From NCBI RefSeq assembly GCF_006345805.1, contig NC_043000.1, positions 32,674,001 to 32,738,000 of the forward strand: 64,000 nt of DNA, read 5' to 3'. Positions 49,741 to 64,000 of this stretch are shown in pieces (positions within the stretch are counted from its first letter, which is position 1; every line of letters begins with the position of its first letter). The notes under the pieces are model-generated. The model worked only from the letters and a program-made list of their open reading frames with translations. It did no database searches and was not told the DNA's origin. Both the position numbers and the translations under genes were made by a program. This DNA comes from Octopus sinensis. Its lineage: Eukaryota.

Positions 49741-50134
49741 TACTCACTCACATAAACACATACATAACATATATACGAGGGGCTGGGACTGAAAAGTTCC
49801 TGGCTTTATATTTTCCGTCTTTGCTTCAGGGAGGAGAGTCGTAGCTTTTCCTGTCTTTCCCAGCAGCTCAAGTGTTTCATTGAGACAGCCTTCATAGTTT
49901 AGCACCGCTGAACTGCCTCAAGTCCATAGTTTTGAAATGACATGGTTTGGTAGGTAGAACCAAGTCGTCACATAGGTAAAACTGAAGGATTCTCAAATTT
50001 TAAAATTGTAAGTTCATCTTCCTGGGGTCTAACTGTGCACATCGCAACTATTATGAACATTCGTTGTATTAATATAAATCTGACTCAATACCTGTTGCTT
50101 GCCTGGGTAGCCTTTCATTCTATTAATATATACA

Positions 50135-50204
<70 letters not shown>

Positions 50205-50820
50205 AAGCTGTTGTAGTTTGCGGAAGCATTGTGATGTGTGTAAATGAGAGAAGTGTTTACAAAAGCTTTTAAACGACGCAGGTGAGAAGTTCACGCAGAA
50301 TAAATGAAGTGATTCTTGTGAATGAAAACAAAACGAGAAAAATATTGTTGGATTATCTTGCCTAGATTGTTTAATGAATCTACAAGGTATTCCCCCGCCG
50401 TATATAATTATATTGTTAATTAATTATTTAATTGTGATAATACGTGTAATGCATTGAAATGGCAGCAAAAAATTAATTTTTGAAATGTCAATGATATCAT
50501 TTATCTTTTATTGTTCAAATGCATGCATGTGTGTGTGTGTTTGTGAGTGTGTGTGTGTTTGTGAGTGTGTGTGTGTGTATGTTTGTGAGTGTGTTTGTGA
50601 GTGTGTGTGTGTGTGTGTATGTTTGTGAGTGTGTTTGTGAGTGTGTGTGTGTGTGTGTATGTTTGTGAGTGTGTTTGTGAGTGTGTGTGTATAATCAAAC
50701 ACTCCAGAGATGCTGGTATTGGTCAGCGATTTTCCTACGGCGGTAACGGCACCATCCAGATGCGAAAACAATGCGAAGCGCATTGTGTGATCACTAAAAC
50801 AGCATTCGATTGATACCGTG

Positions 50821-50857
<37 letters not shown>

Positions 50858-51056
50858 GGGGTAGAATTCACAAAAAAAACAACAACAAAAGACAAAGACT
50901 GGTGGTGTAGACAACAAACAGATGTATTAGTTTAACGATCGGGAAGTGAAAATGTCTTTAACGTTTCGAGCCATCGCTCTTCCTCAGAAAGGAACACAGA
51001 AAGAAACAAGGAGAGAAAATAAAGAATGTGTAGTGGCTAATGATCTATCATGGTGA
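50858..51056 (-). mobile_element. Family H1 copy with intact minimal hammerhead (50991-50956)
   Basis: CUUU CUGAGGA A GAGC gaug GCUC GAAAC GUU AAAG. Confidence 0.88.
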
Positions 51057-52273
<1,217 letters not shown>

Positions 52274-52377
52274 ACCCGGACCTACATATATACATATATA
52301 TATATAGAGAGAGAGTGAGAGAGAGAGAGAGAAGAGAGAGAGAGAAGAGAGAGAGAGAGAGAAGAGAGAGAAGAGAG

Positions 52378-52423
<46 letters not shown>

Positions 52424-52561
52424 CAGAGTTCGATTTTCTGTAGTAGTTGCTGGCCACTTGTTTCCGCGTATAGTACTTTCTGAAGCTGTCTTCACAGCAA
52501 CTCTCCTGCGTTCCAGATATTCTTTATTTCTCTCTCTCGCTCTCTCTCTATCTCTCTAACT

Positions 52562-52599
<38 letters not shown>

Positions 52600-52616
52600 C
52601 CTCTCTCTATCTCCCC

Positions 52617-52648
<32 letters not shown>

Positions 52649-52946
52649 ATGTTAACACACAGATAAGCTCTTCCCTACCTTGCTGTCCTTATTATTAAAA
52701 TTCCTTGACTCTATCGGATCCCGCAGCTAATTAATAACATCTCTCCCCCCTCTCTCTATCTATCTTCTTTTGTGCTTTTCAATCCAGTGACTGTGGCCAT
52801 ACTGGATCACCACCTGTATCATCACCTTCTCAATGACCATTCTCATGGGGTTGGCATTCGGCGAAGGAGGAAGTTTGTTATTGCTGCCCTTTTTTGAGTT
52901 TCTTGTTGTGATGTAGGTCCATCTGGGATCTTGACCAACAAAAGAT

Positions 52947-53150
52947 CAAATGCTTAGCAGTATTTCGTCTGCCGTTACGTTCTGAGTTCAAATTACGCCG
53001 AGGTCGACTTTGCCTTTCATCCTTACGGGGTCGATTAAATAAGTACCAGTTACGCACCGGGGTCGATATAATCGACTTAATCCGTTTGTCTGTCCTTGTT
53101 TGTCATCTCTATGTTTAGCCCCTAGTGGGTAGTAAAGAAATAGGTATTTC
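52947..53150 (+). mobile_element. MetaSINE-type SINE, 5'-truncated (tail A)
   Basis: Ends gtagtaaagaaataggtatttc. Confidence 0.85.
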
Positions 53151-53690
53151 TTGAAAATGACCACCCACACACCATGTAAATCTCTGAGTTTTTTGGCAAG
53201 ATATTAAATGGCTGTGAGCCTTTGTATCCCAAGCTATTGCTGTACGTCATCCTTACACTGAACGGGATGGGTGGCGCTCTTAGAACAGCGCAGTGTTCGA
53301 GAGCAAGTATAACTCGTGAGGCTAAACTTTGGTGCCTATCCTCTACGATCTTCCATATGTATATTATCGCATATATTTTCCGTCTTCGCTTCAGAGAGGA
53401 GAGTCGTAGCTTTTCCTGTCTTTCCCAGCAGCTCAAGTGTTTCATTAAGGTAGTCTATATAGTTTTGTACCGCTGAACTGCCTCAAGTTCTGCTATTAAT
53501 TTGGCACAATGACGTGACCATAATTGTGATCAGTAAGTAGCCCAGACAGCCATGGACAAATGTCTTTCATAGAACCAACCAGCATGATTTCCGAGTCCCT
53601 TGTTCTGAAAGTTCTCAGAATCCATCCGACCATTTGCCTGCACACTTCCACCATCATGGTGATATGTACATGAAACAAAGCATCGTTGCT
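53150..53690 (-). mobile_element. CR1/L2-group LINE relic (RT C-terminal region); short second copy at 49810-49980
   Basis: HITMMVEVCRQMVGWILRTFRTRD..ML; CWERQEKLRLSSLKRRRKIYAIIYIWKIVE; NSLGYKGSQPFNILPK. Confidence 0.7.
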
Positions 53691-54492
53691 CATATGAATC
53701 GCCTCCGAGATAGCCTCCGAGAGAGGCTATCGCAAACAGCAGCGGCCACAACCCACTTCCCTGACGCACTCGCTATCAATGTATGTATGCATGTATGTAT
53801 GTATGTATGTATGTATGTATGTATGTATGTATGTATGTATGTCTCTTCTATTTTTTAATTATTATAAATCTTCCACTGAGGAGGGAGCCAGTTTCCAACG
53901 AAGATACAAGATTCCATCTTTGGGATGTAGTTAACACAGACAAATTCACATTTGGAACTTGAGAAAAGTCTTGCATATTTTTACTGTTCCATTCGCAGAT
54001 TGGACTTGTAATGTACGAACCAGCCGGTCAGTTTCTCTTTCGTTGTGTATGTATGTATGTTTGCACGCGCGCGTGTGAGTGTGTGTATGGTACATATGTC
54101 ACCACCCGTGTATCATATTAAATATATATACTCTGCTAAGATTGTCTGAGATAAAATCCCTTCATAAACTTTCATTGCTAAAAGCACAACATATATCCAA
54201 GCAAGACAAACATCATTGTTGCATTGAATCATGAGAGCAACAGAGGCATTTTTGTTTTTCTTGATTCTCGTCAATGCCATGCACTCCATTGTCATCTGCT
54301 TAAATGAAATTCACGCTTCAATATATGTAGGACATATTCTGCTGGCAATAGTTTCATCACCCTATGTCAACTAGGGACGGTGTAACAAAACTCCAGTGAA
54401 ATTTAAACAGTTGACTTAAAACGAAGGAAAAAAAAATTTAAAGAAGGGCATTCCATCCAACAGCGCTTTCCACAAAACTCATGAAACATCCA

Positions 54493-54708
54493 AGGTGGCG
54501 AGCTGGCAGAAACGTTAGCACACTGGGCGAAATGCTTAGCGGTATTTCATCTGTCTTTATGTTCTGAGTTCAAATTCCGCTGAGGTCGACTTTGCCTTTT
54601 ATCTTTTCAGGGTCGATAAATTAAGTACCAGTTGCATATTGGAGACGATCTAATTTACTGGCCCTCTCCCCACAAATTTCAGGCCTTGTGCCTAGAGTAG
54701 AAAAGAAT
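54493..54708 (+). mobile_element. MetaSINE-type SINE (tail B)
   Basis: Head aggtggcgagctggcagaaac, tail aaatttcaggccttgtgcctagagtagaaaag. Confidence 0.85.
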
Positions 54709-55664
54709 ATATGTAGAATATAATGAATAAAGAATTCACTGGTATTACAGAAGCTTGCCAGACAGTAGGAAAAAATCTCTGGGTTGAGAGCATTGAGAAG
54801 CCTCAAGAAATACGAAATGCATTAGTTTTATTATAATTCGTTATTATTTTGTCAAAATTCTTTCGTCACACATTCTGTGACCTCCTCAATGTCTATTTGT
54901 TCTTCTATATGTCTCTCCTTCATTCTGGCCTTATTCTTTTTACTCTATCTTGTCAGAAAGACATCCCATTCGAGGAAGGAGCCCCGTTTGCAGCAGGTGT
55001 CCCTGGCAATGGCTTAGCCATTTTGTCCGCTGGGCGCTGTCGAATCATCGCTCAGACTGGACTACAGGGTCTGCTCTCCCCGTCTTCTTTTCATTCGTTG
55101 CTTATTTCTTTTTTTTCTTCTTTTTCTTTTTCTTTTCCCTTCTCTTTTCGTTTCATTTAAATATTATTTTTTTAATTATTATTGATTGAAATTATAAAAC
55201 TGAAGAGCAGATAATTCTATGCCTGTTTGTGTGCGTGTACCTGTAAGCACACACATGCTTATATACCTGTGCATACATACAATTACATACATGTACTTGT
55301 GCTTCAGTGCATGCACTAGCGTAGCTAGCGGTAAGTGGGGTGGGGGGCACTTTTGGGTCTGCTGTAAGCAATATGTGTTTTTTGTGGGGTTCAGGGGTGG
55401 CAAACGGAAGGGCCGTCCCGGACGGCACACACTCTAGCTACGCTAGTGAGTGCATTTATGTGCGTATGCATGTTTATATGTGTGTGTATGTCCCGTTTTT
55501 GTATCATCTGTCTGGATGTTTTGCGTTCTTGCCCCATTTTTTGTATTCCTTTATATATACATATGGCGGCGTACGTACACTATGGTCTCTTATATGTAAG
55601 TAAGTATGTATGTATGTATGTATGTATGTATGTATGTATGTATGTATGTATGTATGTATGTATA

Positions 55665-55848
55665 TTTTAATTTAGAGATAGTAGGCCCCTTCATCTCACC
55701 ATATAAAAAAGAATTTTTTAATTTAAATACCTACTATTTTATAACTTGCCCTTTATAACTTGCCAAGTTATAAAACAGTAGGTATTTAAAATAAAAATTA
55801 TTTTTAATATGGTGATATGAAGGGGCCTACTACCTCTAAATTAATATA
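55665..55848. repeat. ~185-bp imperfect palindrome
   Basis: ttagagatagtaggccccttcat.tcaccatat...atatggtgatatgaaggggcctactacctctaa. Confidence 0.8.
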
Positions 55849-55931
55849 TATATTTCTTCATTGAGAATAATTTGAACCCCTCTTATGCCGGGATTTTTAT
55901 TCTCTAACAAATAAAATTTAAATATATATAT

Positions 55932-56320
55932 AGGCGCAGGAGTGGCTGTGTGGTAAGTAGCTTGCTAACCAACCACATGGTTCCGGGTTCAGTGTCTTCT
56001 GCTATAGCCCCGGGCCGACCAATGCCTTGTGAGTGGATTTGGTAGACGGAAACTGAAAGAAGCCTGTCGTATATATGTATATATATATAGGTATGTGTGT
56101 GTTTGTGTGTCTGTGTTTGTCCCCCTAGCATTGCTTGACAATCGATGCTGGTGTGTTTACGTCCCCGTCACTTAGCGGTTCGGCAAAAGAGACCGATAGA
56201 ATAAGTACTGGGCTTACAAAGAATAAGTCCTGGGGTCGATTTGCTCGACTAAAGGCGGTGCTCCAGCATGGCCGCAGTCAAATGACTGAAACAAGTAAAA
56301 GAGTAAAAGAGTAAAGAGTA
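55932..56320 (+). mobile_element. CORE-type tRNA SINE (small internal deletion); diverged partial copy at 58045-58315
   Basis: Homologous to 37732-38140. Confidence 0.88.
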
Positions 56321-56360
56321 TATACACACACACACATACATAAGACAGAATAACGAAAGA

Positions 56361-56398
<38 letters not shown>

Positions 56399-56814
56399 GA
56401 GTGAAAGACAGAGATTGAGGAACTAACTTGTAAGAATATGTAAAACAAGACAAAGAATGAGTCAGATCACAGAGAAGGTATGAGGCTTTCAAGACTAGTA
56501 AAAAAAACTTTAAGTGCTTCCTAAACGTGTTATAAGAAATGTAAGTGTGTAATTGCTGTCAGTAAATGGGAATGAAATGAGGTGTTCATCAGTTTGATGG
56601 ATTAAAGTGATAAAATGATATAAGGAAATTGCAATATATGCGCGCGTCATTAACATGTCCGTCACTTGACGATATTTTGTCATCTAACGGGGGTTTTTTT
56701 TTTTGCCTTCAATCTATTCAATCCAGTCACTTTATTAAATATATTTTGACAGCAGATATAAATCAATCACTCGACACTTGAATAATATGTGTGTGTGTGT
56801 ATGCGTGTGTATGC

Positions 56815-56896
<82 letters not shown>

Positions 56897-56999
56897 ACTC
56901 TGGGGAACTTATTGTAACTAATTAAGACTTATTATTATTATTTGACATCATTCATTTCTGCTTATTTCAGTTTTCTTTACCAATTATATTATATGTATG

Positions 57000-57123
<124 letters not shown>

Positions 57124-57124
57124 C

Positions 57125-57155
<31 letters not shown>

Positions 57156-57419
57156 CTAGCAGCTAAGCCCGGTTTCACCCGGTCTGTTTGGATGATGTGA
57201 AGGTGTGTGTTGTGATGATTGACGCATTTGTACGTAGTCTGTTTCTGAGAACTATTGTATTGGACCTCTGTGTAATCATTAAAACATTGATTTAATTATG
57301 AACATAGAAAGAAATTATACATTAATCCCTATTTTTGTAAACAGTGTGTCCTTAAAATTTTTTTTGCAGAGAACAGAAATTGAAAGAAGATATATGAAAT
57401 GGACATGTGTATGTGTGTA

Positions 57420-57494
<75 letters not shown>

Positions 57495-57857
57495 ATGTGT
57501 GTGCGGGCGTGGTGCTTGCGCGTGTGTATGTGAGAGAGAAAAAGAGTGACAGCATAGCGAAATTTTTGGCTGACTGTCATCCTGTACTCCCCTTGTTGCT
57601 AGCGAAATGGTATATGCCAGCTGTGTGAGCAACTGGTTGTTTTAATGGCGGAACAAACGGGAAATCCATTAGAAACAGTTTTAATCGATTTTCTCGGTAA
57701 GTATGGGGGCTAGGGAAAAAATACAAACCGCAGCACAATGTATGCACCTGTCTCCACATGTGTGCCATTTTTCATGCGAATCCACCCAGCCGTTTGGCTG
57801 TGAACCTCGAGACAAGAAAGAATACGACGATCGCCCATGTCCAATTTATATTATAGA
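57156..57857 (-). mobile_element. Non-autonomous Helitron containing a (TG)n tract
   Basis: Minus strand: 5' A|TCTATAATATAAA at 57857, hairpin ccggg-tgaaa-ccggg(c) region, 3' CTAG|T at 57156. Confidence 0.8.
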
Positions 57858-60418
57858 TATATATATATACATATCCAAATTGAGGGAGTGGAGCAAGTAA
57901 AATCCAGGCTACATATGTTTCCTAGCTAGCAGATCCTTTGATATTACTCAACGAGCGAGGGGTGTTCAGCTCGATACTCACCAGACCGAAGACGTTGTTT
58001 TTGATTGTTCCAGGACATTGTTTTTGATGCTCACCACTCGAAGATTACAAACTGCCTAAACTGCCAAAGCCTTATGAGTGGATTTGGTAAAAGGAAACTC
58101 AAAGAAGCCCGTCGTGTATATATGCGCGTGTGTCAATGTTTGCCCCACCCATCACTTGACAACCGGTGTTGGTGTGTTTACGTCCCCGTAACTTTTCAAG
58201 CAGTTCAGCGAAAGTACTAAACTTATAAGAAAAAAAATAAATACTGGGGTTGATTCATTCGAGTGAAAAAAATTCAAGACGTGCCCCAGCATGGCCGCAG
58301 TCCAAAAAGATAAAAAGGTGTGTGTGTATGTGTGTGTTTTATAGTTTCCGTTTCCTGCAGTTTTTCCCCCTTTCTCCTCTCTTCTCATTTCCTTAATACA
58401 ATTTCCTTTAACATTTTCTATTTTCTTTTTATTGCTATCTTTTTTTCCTTCTGTCCCTTTCCAGCTTCCCCCCACCCACCTTTTCCACCCCCGCCACCGC
58501 TGCCGCCACTGCCGCCGCTGCCACCACGCCCACCACCACCGCCGCCATCTCCACCACCTTATCACTTCTCTTTCATTTCCTCTTCAGTCATTGTCGTGAG
58601 TCTGGGAGAGATCAGAATGATCTTTTTGTCTTAACATTATCCCTCCCTCCCATCCACCCGCCCACCCATCTCTCCACCCTTATGTTCCATTATGGTTTTA
58701 ATGTCTGATGCCTGCAGTCAGTTGATTTCTTTGCCATTTAATTGAAGACAAAACTCCATAGAAACATCGATCTGCACGATCGTAGTAAATAATGGAACAC
58801 GTCAAAAGCGGCTGATTTAATGGGACATGCACAATTTAGTCCCCGCCCCCGCCCCTCCATGACCCTCAATCCTTACAGAATTCCATTTTCCCTTTCTTTC
58901 CTTCTCCTCTCATATTGGTGCTACGCCACACGTTTGGTGGTGGGGTGGGATAGGAGAGGGTAGAGTCACTTGTTTCGAAGCCAGGACATGTAAACACTGT
59001 CTCGCGTTCTGGGACTCATAGGGGCAGTTACCTGGTTTTTAGTGCGATCGCCCCCAACCCCGGGACGGGATGCCATCCCGTCACGGAGTTATACATGTTT
59101 TACCAGCTGAGGGGACTCGAAAAACGTGAAATGAAGTGTTTTGCTCTAGGAAACAACGTGCTGCCCTGTCCGCGAATCGAAACCACGGTCTAGCGGTCGT
59201 GAGTGCAACACCCTAACCACGAGACCACGAACCTTCACCGCGGTACTTGAATGGTAACTATTTTGCCAACACTCCAAGGTTGAAAGGTAATATCGACCCC
59301 GGATCCACTTTAATCAGAACATAAAAATCCGTTGCAAAATACCACAAGGTATTTTCCTTGATGCTCTACATATCATTCTGAGTCAGTTTCCAAATACTGC
59401 AAGACTGGAATTTAAGCGTCATCCCTTAAAGAACGGCTGCAAATCCCCATGAAAAGGGCGTGGGAAGGCGATAAGCTAAGGAACCATCGCAACTCGTCGG
59501 AATATTAGTTGGGTGAGAGCACTCGATAAACTATAAGTACTTAATAGTGTAGGCGCAGTTACCTCCCTTGACGGCGGTCGTTTAAAATAATTCGCCGCTA
59601 GATAGCGCAAGCAGCACTAAGATTCGGACACTAAGCCCTGGCATTTCCTCTTTTCGCATCGAGACGCCGGAGAGCAAGGATATGACCTAACTATTTCTTG
59701 CACACCCGCGGCAGCGAGCACATGAGGTTATGCAGAAGACGAACATGGTCCTTTCGTCAAACTCTTTCCATTATCATTCAATTTGTGTATATTTGAGACC
59801 TCGAGTAAAGGTATTTAAAGTTGCAGTTGCTCCATGAATTCCTTGTACCGTGCTCCTTTATCAAATGATATTACAGCCTTCTGAACAGAGTCATTATTAG
59901 ATGACTTCACAACCTAAGAACACCACCAAAAAAATAAATATGAGAACATTATAGATGTGAGAAGACGACCGTCTGAGGGTACACGTAAGGTTGTGGAATT
60001 AGGGCCTTGTGGGATTAGGGTGATTGGGGGAACACGATGGGTTGGCTTCTCCAAAATGAGTTCCATACCGTTTGATAACAGCTATCAGTAAAATAGCCGA
60101 GTCACATCTATCAATTTTACGTCCTTCTTCAAGCTAACGTTTTCTTATTCGGTTATAAAAGATCTTCGAATTATTCTAAGAAAATGAAATGAAACTGCTT
60201 AACTCTTTATATGTCTTTCAAGATAAACAGCACATGACCTTGCAGGTGGGGCCCAGTTTGAATTTTCTTCAGGTTGAGTAACCCATCCCACTCAAAAGGT
60301 CCCTGAATAAGGGTTGTTTAAGGATGTTGAACGAAACACCCATGTTTCCAAAGGTGAATTATTCAAACCCCAAAGAATCCCTCTCAACACATGGCTATGA
60401 TGCTCCCCCACTTTATTA

Positions 60419-60489
<71 letters not shown>

Positions 60490-60490
<1 letters not shown>

Positions 60491-60777
60491 GCGCACAGCA
60501 CATTAGACTATTGGAAAAAAAAATTCCCAGCATCGGTCTACAAATAACCTTAGATGTTAAGAAATCACCTAAGTATCCTGGCTGTCCCCAATAACACTGT
60601 TTTTTTTTGCAGCTGTACTGAACTGGGCTTTATGCCTATTACCTCTGTCCATCTTTAGGGTTTGTTCCCAATGCACCTATAACTACTGGGATACATTTTA
60701 CTTGCACTTTCCATAGTCTCTGCAATTCAATAGCTACGTCCTAGTATTTTGCTATTTTTTCTATACCGCTCATATTG

Positions 60778-60778
<1 letters not shown>
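60490..60778 (-). mobile_element. Dong/R4-like LINE 3' fragment (distinct subfamily)
   Basis: EKIAKY*DVAIELQRLWKVQVKCIPVVIGALG...VLLGTARILR, between (ATT)n tracts. Confidence 0.75.
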
Positions 60779-60849
<71 letters not shown>

Positions 60850-60863
60850 GTTGTTGTTGTTAT

Positions 60864-62365
60864 TATTCAGTAGTTTTATTTTTATAGTGTGCTTTCACTT
60901 CACTACCAGCTCTGTGTGCCTTGGGTATGTGCTGTGATTTGTTGTGATGCTCTGATGGTTATTGTATGGAAAGTGTTCTGCGTAGGATGTATGCAGTGTC
61001 TAGTAGTGCAATTTTCTGTATGTTATATGTGTTTGTAAGTCCTGGTGTTTTTGTTATGTATTTGTCTGAATATTTTTTTATCATGCCTAATGCGCCTACT
61101 ATGATAGGAATTGTTTCTGTTTTTAGATTCCACATTCTGGTTACCTCTATTTCCAGGTCTTTGTATTTTGAAAGTTTCTCCATTTCTTTTAGAGAAACGT
61201 TGTCATCTGCTGGTATTGCTACATCAATTAGAAAGCATTTTTTTCTTCATGATCTCTGACAACTATATCTGATCTGTTAACCTTAATTTCTCTATCTGTG
61301 TGTATCGGCATATCCCAGAGTATGGTTGCTTTCTCGTTTTCTGTGACCTTTTCTGGTGTGTCCCTATACCATCTTTTTTCTGTTGTTATTCCATAATGTT
61401 GGTATAGCTTCCAGTGTATGTAGGTTCCAACTCTGTATGGCTGTGAATATATCCTTCTTAGCCAGGACTGGGCAGCCAGAGATAATATGATTTATTGTTT
61501 CTTGTCCATCTCCACATATTCTGCAGTTACTTGTTATATTTCTTTTCATACATGTTTTGGTAATTTCTGGTGAGGAGGCTTTGATCTTGTGCTGCAATTA
61601 AAAATACCCTGTCTCTGCTTTGAGTCTGAGCTTCTAACCATTGCTGGGATTTTCTTTGTCTATTTCTTTTGCATTTAGTTTAGTCAGTATTTACCATGAA
61701 GAGGCTTTTCTGCCATCGTTTTATCATGGTTCTTTGCTGTTCTAGTTTTAGTTTGGATTTCATTTGTTTTATAGCTTTTGTTGTTTCTTCTTCTCTTCTT
61801 CTTCTTCTTTTCTCTTCTTCTTCTTCTTCTTCTCTTCTTCTTCTTTCTTCTTCTTCTTCTTCTTCTTCTCTTTTCTTCTTCTTTCTTCTTCTTCATATTT
61901 GTTAGGTGGTATGATTTCTTGTTTGTATTTGTCAGCTTCTTAAATACTGAGAATAGTTTTTTGTTTTGCTCGTGTTTTGCCGCTATTTGTATCAGTTTTC
62001 TTCCTTCTGAAGTAGATACTTTTGGCAGTCCTATGGTGGTTATTTATAGTAGTTTTCCAGTTGTATAAGGCCTCTACATTCTATACGTTGTATATATAGT
62101 CTTTCTCTGTGTCAGATTTTGGGTGATGCATCCTAGGATCCTGTCATTATTTTTCTTGTTTTCCTATCTATTTTGGTCAGTTCATTTAGTGTCCAGTTAA
62201 GGATATTGTAGCTGTAACTTATAACTGGGACAGCTAAAGTGTTAATACCTATTATCTTGTTTTTAGCATTGAGCTCTGTTTTTAGTATTGATCTAACTCG
62301 TCTATAATATTCTTTTTTATTTTCTCTTTCATTTGTGTGTGTTGTGTCTTATCTAGTCTTATCTA
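60864..62365 (-). mobile_element. Dong/R4-like LINE 3' 1.5 kb, with a (CTT)n expansion at 61785-61895
   Basis: CRICGDGQETINHIISGCPVLAKK (CCHC knuckle) and EKLSKYKDLEIEVTRMWNLKTETIPIIVGALG. Confidence 0.88.
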
Positions 62366-62713
62366 TTATTATTATTATTATTATTATTGAGTGAGCGAGC
62401 AGAGCATGCCATCAAAGTGACACTGGGGTAAAATATACGAAGCCCAGTATACCCATCATGACTACCCGTCTGATAAGGGTACACCAGGCACATGCATCAC
62501 AACCATATGTGCGCGACATGGTGATCTCATATCAAGATAAACAGCACATGACCTTGCAAGTGGAGCCCAGTTAGAATTTTCTTCAGATCGAGTAACCCAT
62601 CCCGCTCAAAAGGTCCCTGAATAAGGGTTGTTTAAGGACGTTGAACGAAACACCCATGTTTCCAGAGGTGAATTATTCAAACCCCAAAGAATCCTTCTCA
62701 ACACATGGCTATG

Positions 62714-62780
<67 letters not shown>

Positions 62781-62784
<4 letters not shown>

Positions 62785-63672
62785 TAGCTTTATTTTTATA
62801 GCGTGCTTTCACTTCACTACCGAGCGCAGCTCTGTGTGCTTTGGGTATGTGCTGTGGTTTGTTGTGCTACTCTTACGGTTACTATATTGAAAGTGTTTTA
62901 CGGATGAGTGCAGTGCCAAGTGGTGCAATTTTCTGTATGCTATATATATTTGTAAGTCCTGGTGTTTTTGTTATGTATTTGTCTGAATATTTTTTTATCA
63001 TACCTAATGCGCCTACTATGATAGGAATTGTTTTTGTTTTTAGATTCCACATACGAGTTACCTCTATTTCCAGGTCTTTGTATTTTGAAAGTTTCTCCAT
63101 TTCTTTTAGAGAAACGTTGTCATCTGCTGGTATTGATACATCAATTAGAAAGCATTTTTTTTCTTCGTGATCTCTGACAACTATGTCTGGCCTATTGGCC
63201 TTAATTTCTCTATCTGTGTGTATCGGCATATCCCAGAGTATGGTTGCTTTCTCGTTTTCTGTGACCTTTTCTGGTGTGTGCCTTTACCATCTTTTTTCTG
63301 TTGTTATTCTATAGTGTTGGCATAGCTTCCAGTATATGTAGGTCCCAACTCTGTCGTGTCTGTGAATATATTCCTTCTTAGCCAGGACTGGGCAGCCAGA
63401 GATAATATGATTTATTGTTTCTTGTCCATCTCCACATATTCTGCAGTTACTTGTTATATTTCTTTTCATTATATGTTTTTGGTAATTTCTGGTGAGGAGG
63501 CTTTGGTCTTGTGCTGCAATTAAAAATCCCTCTGTCTCTGCTTTGAGTCCTGAGCTTCTTAGCCATTGCTGGGATTTTTCTTTGTCTATTTCTTTTGCAT
63601 TTAGTTTAGTCCAGTATTTACCATGAAGGGGCTTTTCTTGTCATCGTTTTATCATGGTCCGTTGCTGTTCTC
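62781..63672 (-). mobile_element. Dong/R4-like LINE 3' fragment, same subfamily as 60864
   Basis: KANRPDIVVRDHEEKKCFLIDVSIPADDNVSLKEMEKLSKY; CRICGDGQETINHIISGC...YIHRHD. Confidence 0.88.
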
Positions 63673-63737
<65 letters not shown>

Positions 63738-63773
63738 GTTGTTGTTGTTGTTGTTGTTTTTGTTGTTATTATT

Positions 63774-64000
63774 GCCTTTGCACAGCTTCTAACGCTAGAG
63801 ATGTATTACAGTGTCAGCCGTTCACTACAAGTGAACTAAGGTAACACCTCTTATTTTTCGAGCACCTTCCGGAGTATTCGAGCAGCTCCATGCAGTGCTG
63901 CTTTCTGCAAGTGCTCCACCCTTATTGCAGCCCCTATTTGTTCCACGTCCTTTTCGAGATTTTTGCTCACTGTTCCCAGGGCTCCGACAATTATTGGTAC
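63774..64000 (-). mobile_element. Dong/R4-like LINE 3' end, same subfamily as 41889 (runs off the window)
   Basis: The 3' UTR gcctttgcacagcttctaacgct.gagatgtattacagt.tcagc.gttcactac.agtgaactaagg is shared with 41889-41960. Confidence 0.85.

Noticed and set aside
58152-58634. Pro-rich / Arg-Trp-rich ORFs (also 33258-33601, 44897-45796)
   Set aside because: Produced by (CCG/CCA/CCT)n low-complexity tracts, with no splice-supported exon or domain similarity.

Overview
AT-rich, microsatellite-dense animal genomic DNA. The SINE, Dong and RTE repeat complement suggests an octopus or other coleoid cephalopod (inference). The only supportable host gene is the last three coding exons of a CRLF3 orthologue (+; 2159-2402, 4136-4378, 7085-7362; FN3 then SPRY-like C-terminus). 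The remaining ~56 kb has no further recognisable host exons and is a mosaic of mobile elements: MetaSINE-type and CORE-type tRNA SINEs, RTE-tail elements, a full-length dead DD34D mariner, a rosa-like Tc1/mariner relic, two Helitrons, a gypsy LTR relic, Tx1-, HERO- and CR1-like LINE relics, a Penelope GIY-YIG relic, palindromic elements, and two stacks of Dong/R4-like LINEs inserted into (TAA)n. The most notable signal is a set of hammerhead-ribozyme (HHR) motifs in short non-coding repeats of at least five unrelated sequence families. Four have an intact catalytic core and cleavage triplet (20044-20102 +, 44529-44564 -, 50956-50991 -, 51607-51687 -), and about ten more are one to several mutations away. 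They have the minimal type-I, palindromic-stem-III design known from Penelope-like elements and retrozymes. Nearly all long ORFs in the supplied track are microsatellite artefacts. All alignments and folds were done by eye.
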